From a bacterium (GTDB lineage: Bacteria; Babelota; Babeliae; Babelales; JABCYS01): a stretch of 15,281 nt of DNA. Where the stretch lies: positions 1 through 15,281 of the forward strand of contig DAIDHG010000020.1 of assembly GCA_027452085.1 (NCBI GenBank), read 5' to 3'. Below are positions 1 through 8,332 of this stretch, one piece after another (positions within the stretch are counted from its first letter, which is position 1; each line of letters starts with the position of its first letter). The notes beneath the pieces were generated by a model. The model was not told the DNA's origin, did not search any database, and saw nothing but the letters and a program-made list of their open reading frames with translations. The translations under genes were made by a program, and so were the position numbers.

Positions 1-76
1 ACTTTGAAATCTGACTTGTTGCCGATAGGGTAAAAAAACTACATAAGCTGAATAGCGCACAGAATAGTTGAATCAT
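1..76 (-). CDS. 5' end of a secreted/exported protein, running off the left edge of the window
   Basis: Reverse strand reads ATG(76) then MIQLFCALFSLCSFFTLSATSQISK with no stop to the window edge. The N-terminus is hydrophobic and signal-peptide-like, and an AGAGGA Shine-Dalgarno lies 6 nt upstream (complement of 83-88). Confidence 0.6.
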   Translation of the reverse strand, partial: MIQLFCALFSLCSFFTLSATSQISK

Positions 77-90
77 AGGTATATCCTCTG

Positions 91-124
91 GTTGGCCTAA
101 GATATTACATATTTCTAGGCCAAC
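91..124. repeat. 9-bp inverted repeat (GTTGGCCTA...TAGGCCAAC) downstream of murI
   Basis: Perfect arms at 91-99 and 116-124, with imperfect extension. Lies between the murI stop and the next gene's RBS. No clear U-tract. Confidence 0.45.
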
Positions 125-140
125 AGGCAAAGAATCTGCC

Positions 141-944
141 CTATAGCGATCGAGATAATGGCAATGTAACCTTTTGATTTGTAAAAAGGTTTACCACTAT
201 TTTTTGGGCATTAACGGCAAAACGGTCAGGCGAGCTCGTTGCATAATAGTTGATCTGTGGGATGTGGCCGGGGCGTGTCAGCAATCCGTGTTGGTTAAAG
301 AGATTGACCATTTGCTCTGGGGCACTGATAAGCCGCAGCTCTGATCCGGCAAGCTCTCTTATCTCATGCTTGATTAACTCATAATGGGTGCAGCCAATGA
401 TAAGGGTATCGATGCCGGCATGCTGTAAGGGTGCAAGGTATTCCCATAAAGCTGCTTCGAGTTGGCTGGTTTTTTGTTTGCCCTCCTCGATCAGAGGTAC
501 CAGCTTGGGGCAGGCTTGGCAAAAAACTTCAATGGACGGATTGAGGGCTAAAATCTTTGTTTTATGAATGCCACTCATTATTGTTGCAGGCGTTCCAATA
601 ATGCCGATGCGTTGATTTTTGGTAGCGGCAGCGGCAGCCGAAACGACCGGGTCGACCACGCCCCATATCGGCGTTGTTGGCAGCTGCGCTTGCACATATT
701 CCAGCGCCACGGCTGATGCCGTATGGCAGGCAAGCACAATCGCATCAACCTGTTCTTGCTGCGCTAAAAAATCCATGGCGTGTAAGGTGAATGCCTTAAT
801 TTGCTCGGGTGTTTTTTCGCCATATGGCAAATTTTTGGTATCAGCAAAATAAACAAAGTTTGGGATTGGTAGCGTGATAAGCTCATTGAGCACAGAAAGA
901 CCGCCAATGCCAGAATCAAATACGCCTAATTTTTTTATTTTCAT
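141..944 (-). CDS. murI: Glutamate racemase
   Basis: Motifs GVFDSGIGGLSV, PYGEK, ACHTAS (usually ACNTA), CPKLVPLIE and GCTHY; both catalytic Cys present. Confidence 0.96.
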   Translation of the reverse strand: MKIKKLGVFDSGIGGLSVLNELITLPIPNFVYFADTKNLPYGEKTPEQIKAFTLHAMDFLAQQEQVDAIVLACHTASAVALEYVQAQLPTTPIWGVVDPVVSAAAAATKNQRIGIIGTPATIMSGIHKTKILALNPSIEVFCQACPKLVPLIEEGKQKTSQLEAALWEYLAPLQHAGIDTLIIGCTHYELIKHEIRELAGSELRLISAPEQMVNLFNQHGLLTRPGHIPQINYYATSSPDRFAVNAQKIVVNLFTNQKVTLPLSRSL

Positions 945-1229
945 GGTGAGCAGGTTTTATGTGATTGTTGATGATCATAATAGTACTGTGATTGACTGAA
1001 TTAAGCGAATTATTTGCGGTGACCGCGAATGGTGCGGCAAGCAGGTAGGCCTGGTGTTTCAAGGTGATAGATAGTCGCCCAATGATCCTCGTGGTCATAT
1101 TTCGTCTGCGATGCGCAATGCTATGTAAATCTTCAGGTTGCAGCGAAATAGTCTGAATGCAGAGTTATCTTGCAGGCGCAAATCTGTTAAGCTACCCATC
1201 CTTTTTTACTACAACTTTTCGGAGTTTGC

Positions 1230-2852
1230 ATGACCATACATCAGATTATTATCCAATCGTTATATGTTGGTATTTTTTATGTAGGTATTAATTGGCTCAT
1301 AAGCAAATATCGTGGCGAGGAACGGCCAACGCCTGCTGGGATGCTTATTTCAGGCCTCGGTTTTGCTCTGCTTTTTGGCACGGTGCAATGGTATTTTATG
1401 CCGACAGAAAAAAAGCCAGAGGTGCCGGGCCAACGCTTTGAAGCACCAGCGGTTGAAGAGACGCAAAGATCATTAAATCGTGAAGTTAATTTTGCCCAAA
1501 CGGCTGCCGAGCCTGAACAGCGCACGATCGTAAAAACAAACTATGGCCAACTGGTATTCTCAACTCATGGCGCAACGTTGAGTGCTGCTACCTATCATCA
1601 TCAAACCGATCATGTAGTAGTTGATCTAGAATCGATACATCCAAAGCCGGAAACCGAGCGCGAGAAAGCGTTCTTCTTAGTTGCGCTTGATGAACATACC
1701 CCCTATTACTACACCTTGGGCGAGCTGACAGAAAATGATGAGCAGATTCGCTTGCAATATCATGCAACAACATCAGCTGGCCAGATCGAAAAGTTGTTTA
1801 TCATCGATAAAAATAAATACAAAATCGATGTGGCATTAACCATCAAGCCTGAAGGTGCGGTCAGACCACGCCTTATCTGGGCAAGCCCATTTATCTTTGA
1901 TCACACCAAACCTGAAAATGTATCCGGTGTTGTAGATGAAAACCATTCTCTTACCAAATATGGTTTGTCAGGCTATCGCGAAAAATTGAATGATAGTCTC
2001 TGGTTGTCGCCAACCACCTTCGGTGCGGAAGATCGTTATTTCTTACACGCACTCTGCGCTGACCCACACCATTTTGCGCAGCGAGCTTACTATCGTGTTG
2101 GCGTTGAGAACATCTATCCAATTCTAGAAGGGCCAACCGTTTCTAAAGAAACTACCTGGCAGCTATCGTTCTATGTTGGTCCAAAAGAGCATGAAGCATT
2201 AGTTGCGGTAGATGCTCATTTGGCAGACACGTTAGATTATGGCTGGCTTGGCTTTATTGCAAAACCAATGCTGGCGATTCTTAAGTGGCTTGCACAATAT
2301 CTGCATAGTTTTGGTTGGGCGATTATTCTCTTTACTTTGGTGCTCCGTTTATTATTGTTACCACTTTCAATGCGTGGCACCAAGGCAGCCCAGCAAGGTC
2401 AAGAGATGCAAAGAAAATTGGCGTATTTAAAACAACGTTACAAAGATGACCCAGAAGGATTGCAGCGCGAACAAGCAGCCTTAATTCAAAAATATGGCAT
2501 GGCAAGCTTGGGTGGCTTTAGTGCCGGATGCTTACCGTTATTAATTCAACTGCCACTATTTTTTGCCATGAACCGCGTGCTCTCATCATCTATTGAGCTA
2601 TACCGTGCGCCATTTTTATGGATGCGCGATCTTTCGGCAAAAGATCCTTTGTATATTTTGCCCGTGTTAGTTGCTGCATCATTCCTGTTGACCACCATGC
2701 AAACCGGTGAACGCCAACAGCGCGTGCAAGGGATTTTTATGGCATTATTCTTTGGTGCCTTTGCCGTTGGCTTTTCTGCCGGCTTATCCTTGTTCTTTAT
2801 TGTGAGCACGTTGGTTGGGGCAGTGCCACTGTTGATGAGACGGAAGGCATAA
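1230..2852 (+). CDS. yidC: Membrane protein insertase YidC
   Basis: N-terminal TM anchor, large periplasmic domain ending FYVGPK...DYGWLGFIAKPM, then GWAIILFTLVLRLLLLPL, GCLPLLIQLPLFFAM and FLWMRDLSAKDPLYILP. GGAG RBS upstream. Confidence 0.96.
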   Translation: MTIHQIIIQSLYVGIFYVGINWLISKYRGEERPTPAGMLISGLGFALLFGTVQWYFMPTEKKPEVPGQRFEAPAVEETQRSLNREVNFAQTAAEPEQRTIVKTNYGQLVFSTHGATLSAATYHHQTDHVVVDLESIHPKPETEREKAFFLVALDEHTPYYYTLGELTENDEQIRLQYHATTSAGQIEKLFIIDKNKYKIDVALTIKPEGAVRPRLIWASPFIFDHTKPENVSGVVDENHSLTKYGLSGYREKLNDSLWLSPTTFGAEDRYFLHALCADPHHFAQRAYYRVGVENIYPILEGPTVSKETTWQLSFYVGPKEHEALVAVDAHLADTLDYGWLGFIAKPMLAILKWLAQYLHSFGWAIILFTLVLRLLLLPLSMRGTKAAQQGQEMQRKLAYLKQRYKDDPEGLQREQAALIQKYGMASLGGFSAGCLPLLIQLPLFFAMNRVLSSSIELYRAPFLWMRDLSAKDPLYILPVLVAASFLLTTMQTGERQQRVQGIFMALFFGAFAVGFSAGLSLFFIVSTLVGAVPLLMRRKA

Positions 2853-2938
2853 AGCTTGCGCTCCTTTAAAATACTTTGGCGCCCCTCGATACATTTCGCT
2901 ACGCGAAACACTCGGGGTGAGCGTCAGATGAGACGGAA
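2834..2938. mobile_element. 81-bp insertion (2846-2926) flanked by a 12-bp direct repeat GATGAGACGGAA, a probable target-site duplication
   Basis: GATGAGACGGAA occurs at 2834-2845 and 2927-2938 and brackets REP-like copy 1. Confidence 0.6.
2880..2923 (-). repeat. REP/MITE-like palindromic element, copy 1
   Basis: Reverse complement CGCTCACCCCGAGTGTTTCGCGTAGCGAAATGTATCGAGGGGCG aligns with 3616-3658. Inner hairpin TTTCGC-TAC-GCGAAA (2894-2908). Confidence 0.75.
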
Positions 2939-2971
2939 AGATTATTAAAAAGGGATGAAAGTGTTATTTAC

Positions 2972-3580
2972 ATGAATGATGTGCCATCGCTTCAAACGCT
3001 ATTAAAGCAACTGCAACAAGTGCCCTATCTTGCCTCGAAGAATTTGTATCGGGTGGCGGCTCATTTTTTATCGTTGGACGCCAAGCGCACTGAGCAGTTT
3101 TGCCAGGCGATTATGGCGGCAAAGGAAAGGATCGTTCACTGCCCGGACTGTTATACCTGGGTTGAGAAGGATCGCAATTGTGTCTTTTGCCATTCAACCC
3201 GGCGTAATAAAAAAATAATCTGTGTGGTGGAAACCTGGCAAGAGCTGATCGCTATTGAAAAGACGGGAGGCTATCAAGGGTTGTACCATGTGCTTGGCGG
3301 TGCCATAAGTCCGCTCGATGGCATTAATCCTGCTGATCTGACCATTTCTGCTTTAATCTCGCGCATTGCATCAGTCGGTGAAATTGAGGAAATCATCCTT
3401 GCCACAAACCAGACTCCTGAGGGCGAAGCGACTGCTGCTTATATCGCTTCTCAGTTCAATAAGCACAATCTTGCGGTCAGAGTTACCTGCCTTGCGCGCG
3501 GCATTCCTGTTGGTTCATCATTGGAATATATGGACCGCTTGACGGTGTTTAAAGCATTATCCGAACGCCGACCGTTTTAA
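2972..3580 (+). CDS. recR: Recombination mediator RecR
   Basis: HhH N-terminus, C4 zinc finger CPDC...CVFC, ICVVE, YHVLGGAISPLDG, Toprim ILATNQTPEGEATA and LARGIPVGSSLEYMD. Confidence 0.97.
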   Translation: MNDVPSLQTLLKQLQQVPYLASKNLYRVAAHFLSLDAKRTEQFCQAIMAAKERIVHCPDCYTWVEKDRNCVFCHSTRRNKKIICVVETWQELIAIEKTGGYQGLYHVLGGAISPLDGINPADLTISALISRIASVGEIEEIILATNQTPEGEATAAYIASQFNKHNLAVRVTCLARGIPVGSSLEYMDRLTVFKALSERRPF

Positions 3581-3614
3581 GTTTGATAATTTTTTTATGC
3601 GATTGACTAAAAAA

Positions 3615-3666
3615 CCGCTCATCCTGAGTGTTGCGCTTGACGCAACGTATCAGAGGCGGCGAGCGG
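3615..3666 (+). repeat. REP/MITE-like palindromic element, copy 2 (inverted relative to copy 1)
   Basis: Terminal IR CCGCTC...GAGCGG and inner hairpin GTTGCG-CTTGA-CGCAAC. Matches the reverse complement of 2880-2923. Confidence 0.75.
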
Positions 3667-3784
3667 AAAATTAATATAATGCATCGCCTTACTGTAAAAT
3701 CACTTAACTATCGTGTTAAAATAGAGTCTGGTGGGGGCAACGCGCTTCATTAAAATAATTCACGCTCTAAAAAAAAGAAGAATC

Positions 3785-5044
3785 ATGCATAACGATTTCT
3801 CCATTTTCGCGCAACGTCGCGCAGCATTAGTAGATATCATCAAAAGCTCATTTGGTGTTGAACAAGGCGCTATCATTTTATTTGCCGGTTTTGAACATGA
3901 GCATTATCGGTATCGCCAAGAAAGTTCGTTTTATTATTTTACGGGCATTCAGGAACCGGCCACCATTTTATGGCTCGATCTTGATGGCACGGCCACGTTG
4001 TATTTGCCAAATTATGGCGATAAACGTGCCGTATGGATGCATACCTGGTTGCTGCCCACTCAAGAGGTTGCCGATCAGATACAAGTGGATGAAATTAAAT
4101 TGCTCGGTGCGCTGAGCCAAACTTTCGAAATTTGCCCATTGCTCCATACGCAAGAATATGAAATCTTCCTCCAGCGACTGCGCATGAATGTAGATCAATC
4201 TCGTCATCTATTCACTATGACCAAGTGCATGCTTATGGAGCAGCGCTTTATGCTGAATCAATTAGCTGCTCATATACCGAGCTTACATTGGCATGATGCA
4301 GGGCCGCACATTGCAAAACTTCGCCGCAAAAAAGATCAATCAGAAATTGAAGCGTTGTATAAGGCGGTGAATGTTACCATGATAGCCCATGAAGGTGCGA
4401 CTAAAGCAATAAAGCCTAGTAACTATGAATACGAGGTGCAGGCAGCAATCGAATATGTTTTTACTGAAGCTGGCTCGCAAGGGGCAGCTTTTCCCAGCAT
4501 TATTGGCTCAGGTATAAATTCCACTGTTTTGCACTACCGTGAAAACAATCGGCAAATGGAAATGGGGGATTTGGTCGTGGTAGATATCGGTGCCATGTAC
4601 GATCAATATTGCGCAGATCTGACGCGCACCTTCCCCGTCGGCGGGAAGTTCACTCCGCGCCAGCGCGAAATATACAACATAGTGCTTGAGTGCCAAGAGT
4701 TTATTGCAGGCATCGCCGCTCCTGGCTATTGGCTCAACAACAAAGAACAGCCCGATAAATCTCTCAACCACTTGGCCCGCGAGTTTCTCAAGCAAAGGGC
4801 GCACTACGAACTGCCGCATGGCATTGGCCATTTTCTTGGGCTTGATGTGCACGATGTGGGCTCATCGGCAGAACCATTACATGAAGGCGATGTGATCACC
4901 ATAGAACCGGGTATCTACTTGCCGCACGAAGAACTTGGCGTGCGTATCGAAGATAACTACTGGATTGTTACTGGCGGCAATGTATGCCTGAGCGAGCAGC
5001 TGCCCAAATCGGCCGATGAAATTGAAAAGATGATGGCTGAATAA
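3785..5044 (+). CDS. pepP: Xaa-Pro aminopeptidase (aminopeptidase P, M24B)
   Basis: AMP_N motif YRQESSFYYFTG and metal-binding motifs VDIGAMYDQYCADLTRTFP, HGIGHFLGLDVHD, TIEPGIY and GVRIED. ATG 3785 is preferred over GTG 3731 because homologous sequence (FAQRRAAL) begins just after it. Confidence 0.95.
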   Translation: MHNDFSIFAQRRAALVDIIKSSFGVEQGAIILFAGFEHEHYRYRQESSFYYFTGIQEPATILWLDLDGTATLYLPNYGDKRAVWMHTWLLPTQEVADQIQVDEIKLLGALSQTFEICPLLHTQEYEIFLQRLRMNVDQSRHLFTMTKCMLMEQRFMLNQLAAHIPSLHWHDAGPHIAKLRRKKDQSEIEALYKAVNVTMIAHEGATKAIKPSNYEYEVQAAIEYVFTEAGSQGAAFPSIIGSGINSTVLHYRENNRQMEMGDLVVVDIGAMYDQYCADLTRTFPVGGKFTPRQREIYNIVLECQEFIAGIAAPGYWLNNKEQPDKSLNHLAREFLKQRAHYELPHGIGHFLGLDVHDVGSSAEPLHEGDVITIEPGIYLPHEELGVRIEDNYWIVTGGNVCLSEQLPKSADEIEKMMAE

Positions 5045-5065
5045 AGCCCGGAGGAACCACCTGCC

Positions 5066-5110
5066 AATCTTTCAGTAGCTGATACGATTCCTTTCATCTG
5101 CTGAAAGATT
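5066..5110. promoter_or_regulatory. Long inverted repeat between pepP and the AAA ATPase remnant (operator or terminator candidate)
   Basis: AATCTTTCAG (5066-5075) / CTGAAAGATT (5101-5110) is a perfect 10-bp arm pair, extendable inward to about 17 bp with one G-U pair and one mismatch. Confidence 0.55.
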
Positions 5111-5128
5111 TCCCCTTTGGAGAATGTA

Positions 5129-5377
5129 ATGTTTTATAAGCGACATGTCTCACATCTCATAATAAAAGCTCTCAAACGCGCCCCGGCAATTTTTATTGGC
5201 GGGGCGAGCCAAATTGGCAAAACCACCATTGCACCAAAAATAGTGTCACACGATGATTATTCTTATACCACGTTGGATACTGTTCGGGATTTAGCGAATG
5301 CCAAAGATAATCCTGATGGCTTTATTGATTCGCTGATTAGTCGATTTTTGACATCGGAGATTATGCATTCGTTTTAG
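5129..5377 (+). pseudogene. Truncated AAA_14/DUF4143-type ATP-binding protein (N-terminal fragment)
   Basis: MFYKRH...ALKRAPAIFIGGASQIGKTT (family pattern GARQxGKTT)...YTTLD...AKDNPDGFIDSL, then loss of similarity and a stop at about 82 aa, before the expected Walker B (ILDEVQ-like). GGAG RBS before ATG 5129. Confidence 0.75.
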
Positions 5378-5383
5378 CCTGCA

Positions 5384-7078
5384 TCAAGCTTTTAAATGAA
5401 TCATTTTGATCAATACTTTTTTGCCTTCAAAGACCATAGCATAGGCAAATATTGTTGTGCAGCCGTGCGAATATATTTCTTGGTCATATTTCTTATCTTT
5501 AATTTGCTGCAGTGCTTGATTGGCAATGTGTTCTATATTTTTGCCTTTTTCAGACTTTTTAAATTCAATCACAATGCCTGGTTTGGTTGTGTCGTTTGGA
5601 ATAAGCATTAAGTCTGCACGACCATAGCCTGATTCTGGATTCGATTTTGCCCGATAGGTCTCGCGTAATAGGCCATGAGTTAAGCCAAGCATAAGCATAT
5701 GATAACCATTTTCCGGCGATCGATAGTTTTCATCGAAGTGGCTCATGCTTTCAAGCAAGAATTTCGAAAGTAATTCTGAAAAGAGCTTAACATCACCATG
5801 AGTAAGTGAATGGGCGAGTAATGTGTTATCATGACTCGATACGATCATTTTCATCGCATCTATAACCACCGCTTGGTAAACCGACAACATTTCTTGATTT
5901 GGGATTACCAAACGACACAGGTCTCTTCCTGTTTCGCTGAGTTGGTGCTCGCTAAAAGTTACATAGCCAGCATACAATAGAAGACTCCAGATAGCGTCGC
6001 TATCTCGCTCAATACCTGGATAGATAATTCCTTCATGTACTGGTTGAACGAAGCTTTGGCCTTCGAGCAACTCCTCTAATTTTTGTTTCAGACGAGCATC
6101 GCTGCGCAGTACAAGTCGTTTGATAAGATTGTTGCTGCTTGTGGTGCCCCAATAGGGTCGAAATTCATTGCGCGATGTCATGCAGTATAATACTGACCAT
6201 GGGTTGTACATATTTGCATGTGATCCAAATCGGTAGCCATCATACCAACGTCTATATTCTTCAATTTTGTGTGACATGTTGTAGTAGGCAAACAACTCAT
6301 CAATTTCTGCTTGGGTAAATCCAAATTTGTCTGATGCTACTTCTTCAAATTGGCCAAGAATAAATGGATTATTGAGTTCAGAGAAAATGCTTTCTTTGGC
6401 AATCCGCGAAATGCCAGTTACAAATGCTTTTTCTAAAAAATCATTATCTTTAAGCGCGGTGGTAAGGAATGCTCGAAGGAATGAAACGGCATCTTCGTAG
6501 TAGCCGGCTCCATAGCCGGCTACAATCGGGGAATCATATTCATCGATGAGAATAATGACATTTTGCTGATACGCCCGCGCAAGAAGCTTTGATAAAAATT
6601 TAAGGCTTCCTTTGAACGCTCCTACATCTGCAGTACGGCTGATTATCGCTTTAAACTTCTTTTGTTCATCAGCAGTAGATACCGATGCCACCTTTTTTTG
6701 ATGCCTGCTGTACTCTTCGGAAATTAATTCCTTAAATGCTTGATACGCACCTTTCCAATGTTGCGCATGCAAACCTTTGAGCGATAAAAATATAACAGGG
6801 TATTGGCCTTGATGCTTTCGTTCTTTCTCGCCCCATATTTTTTTATCTTCAAACAAATAGGCGTGGCTCTGTTCGGTTCGCTCAAAAAAATATTTGAGCA
6901 TGGACATGTTCAGAGTTTTGCCAAAGCGGCGCGGTCGTGGAATAAGGGTAACTTTTCGTTGGACACCGGTATCGCCCAATAGATCTTTAATTAATAAAGT
7001 CTTATCTACGTAGTAGCAATTTTTCTCGAAAAATTCCCTATAGTCGGTTAAGCCTATAGGTATCGATTTGCGTTCCAT
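5384..7078 (-). CDS. AAA-ATPase-like protein with C-terminal PD-(D/E)XK nuclease domain (AAA-ATPase_like + PDDEXK_9/DUF1703 family)
   Basis: IPIGLTDY...YYVDKT, RPRRFGKTLNMSML (Walker A), ILIDEYDSP (Walker B), WYDGYRFG, YNPWSV, and nuclease motifs ENGYH, SNPESGYGRADL and IEFK, then ALQQIKDKKY. Confidence 0.92.
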   Translation of the reverse strand: MERKSIPIGLTDYREFFEKNCYYVDKTLLIKDLLGDTGVQRKVTLIPRPRRFGKTLNMSMLKYFFERTEQSHAYLFEDKKIWGEKERKHQGQYPVIFLSLKGLHAQHWKGAYQAFKELISEEYSRHQKKVASVSTADEQKKFKAIISRTADVGAFKGSLKFLSKLLARAYQQNVIILIDEYDSPIVAGYGAGYYEDAVSFLRAFLTTALKDNDFLEKAFVTGISRIAKESIFSELNNPFILGQFEEVASDKFGFTQAEIDELFAYYNMSHKIEEYRRWYDGYRFGSHANMYNPWSVLYCMTSRNEFRPYWGTTSSNNLIKRLVLRSDARLKQKLEELLEGQSFVQPVHEGIIYPGIERDSDAIWSLLLYAGYVTFSEHQLSETGRDLCRLVIPNQEMLSVYQAVVIDAMKMIVSSHDNTLLAHSLTHGDVKLFSELLSKFLLESMSHFDENYRSPENGYHMLMLGLTHGLLRETYRAKSNPESGYGRADLMLIPNDTTKPGIVIEFKKSEKGKNIEHIANQALQQIKDKKYDQEIYSHGCTTIFAYAMVFEGKKVLIKMIHLKA

Positions 7079-7087
7079 TCAGATTCC

Positions 7088-8332
7088 CTACTTCATCAAA
7101 AACTGAACCAGTTCGGTTTGTTTCAAGCTCTGCTCTTCGCCCGTCGTCATATTCTTAACGCGCGCCTCTTTTTTTGCCAGTTCTTCTGGCCCGATGATGA
7201 TGGCATGTTGTGCACCAATTCTATTTGCTTGGCGCATCATGCTTTTAAGCGAGTCACTTTCAATCATGGTTTGAGCAGCGATACCATGTTTAATCAACTC
7301 TTGTGCCACGAGCATGGCGATTGGTTTTTGCGCTGGTTCGACTGGTATTATTGCCTGAATCGCTGGCGGTTGTGGCAGCGGCAATCTATCTTTAATCGCC
7401 TCAAGCATCAGCAATAATCGTTCAACGCCGATGGCTGCGCCGACAGATGGCTGATCTTCCCGTGCGCCAACAATTTTGACCAACTGATGGTAACGCCCGC
7501 CGCCGCAGAAAGCATTTTGTGCGCCCAAGTTACCAGAGACAAACTCAAATACCGTCTTTTGGTAATAATCGAGCCCGCGCACCAAGGTGGGCTGTACATG
7601 AAATGAAATGCTTAAGAGCTCAAGAAGCTCTTGAAGTTCTTGCCACTCGGTGGAGCATACACTGCACAGATGCTGAATAATTTTAGGTGCTTGTGTGGCA
7701 TACAGCTCTTTATCTTTTTCATTCTTGCAATCAAACACGCGCATGATGTTGGTGTCTTTGCGCACTTTGCATTGATCACAAATTTCATTGATATGAGTTT
7801 CAAGAAACTTTCGCAGTTCAACCTTAAATGCTTCTCTGTCCTCATGGCATCCTAAGAAATTAATAAGCAATGCATACGAATCAAAAGCGAGCATTTTGGA
7901 AAACAGCCCATCAAGCAGGGCAATAACTTCAGCATCTTGCGCAATGGCATTCGTGCCAATAACTTCAATGCTTACTTGATGAAACTGACGGTATCTTCCT
8001 TTTTGTGGGCGCTCATGGCGAAACATAGGGCCCCAGGTGAACACTTTCCAAGGCGTCGTTTGAATGCCATTTTCAACAAATGCTCGTGCCGTAGATGCCG
8101 TGGCTTCTGGGCGCAAACAAATATTTTCGTCGCCTGAGATGAGATACATCTCTTTTTTGACCACGTCTGTTTCAACGCCCAGCGATCGCTTGAAGAGTTC
8201 CGTTGGCTCTAAAATCGGTACTATTATTTCAGAAAAATGATGCAATTTTAGATATTTCTTTGTTTGTTCAATAATAAAATTAAGAAGCGTGATATCTAAA
8301 AAATCTTGTGTGCCGGTAACTCTTTTTATCAT
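7088..8332 (-). CDS. hisS: Histidine--tRNA ligase
   Basis: VTGTQDF, KEMY, LRPEATAS, GPMFRHERPQKGRYRQFHQ, LVRGLDYY, GGGRY, GAAIGVERL and anticodon-binding C-terminus. Confidence 0.98.
   Translation of the reverse strand: MIKRVTGTQDFLDITLLNFIIEQTKKYLKLHHFSEIIVPILEPTELFKRSLGVETDVVKKEMYLISGDENICLRPEATASTARAFVENGIQTTPWKVFTWGPMFRHERPQKGRYRQFHQVSIEVIGTNAIAQDAEVIALLDGLFSKMLAFDSYALLINFLGCHEDREAFKVELRKFLETHINEICDQCKVRKDTNIMRVFDCKNEKDKELYATQAPKIIQHLCSVCSTEWQELQELLELLSISFHVQPTLVRGLDYYQKTVFEFVSGNLGAQNAFCGGGRYHQLVKIVGAREDQPSVGAAIGVERLLLMLEAIKDRLPLPQPPAIQAIIPVEPAQKPIAMLVAQELIKHGIAAQTMIESDSLKSMMRQANRIGAQHAIIIGPEELAKKEARVKNMTTGEEQSLKQTELVQFLMK

Noticed and set aside
916..1098. 60-aa minus-strand ORF upstream of and overlapping murI
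   Set aside because: No recognisable motif or clear RBS, overlaps the murI start, and does not resemble RpmH, RnpA or YidD.
2880..3666. Palindromic repeats as a CRISPR array or as IS ends of a composite transposon carrying recR
   Set aside because: Only two divergent copies about 700 bp apart, with no regular spacers, cas genes or transposase, and no direct repeat seen flanking the pair as a unit.
3731..3784. GTG-initiated N-terminal extension of pepP
   Set aside because: The extension is AT/Lys-rich and lies close to a likely -10 element; family homology starts at ATG 3785.
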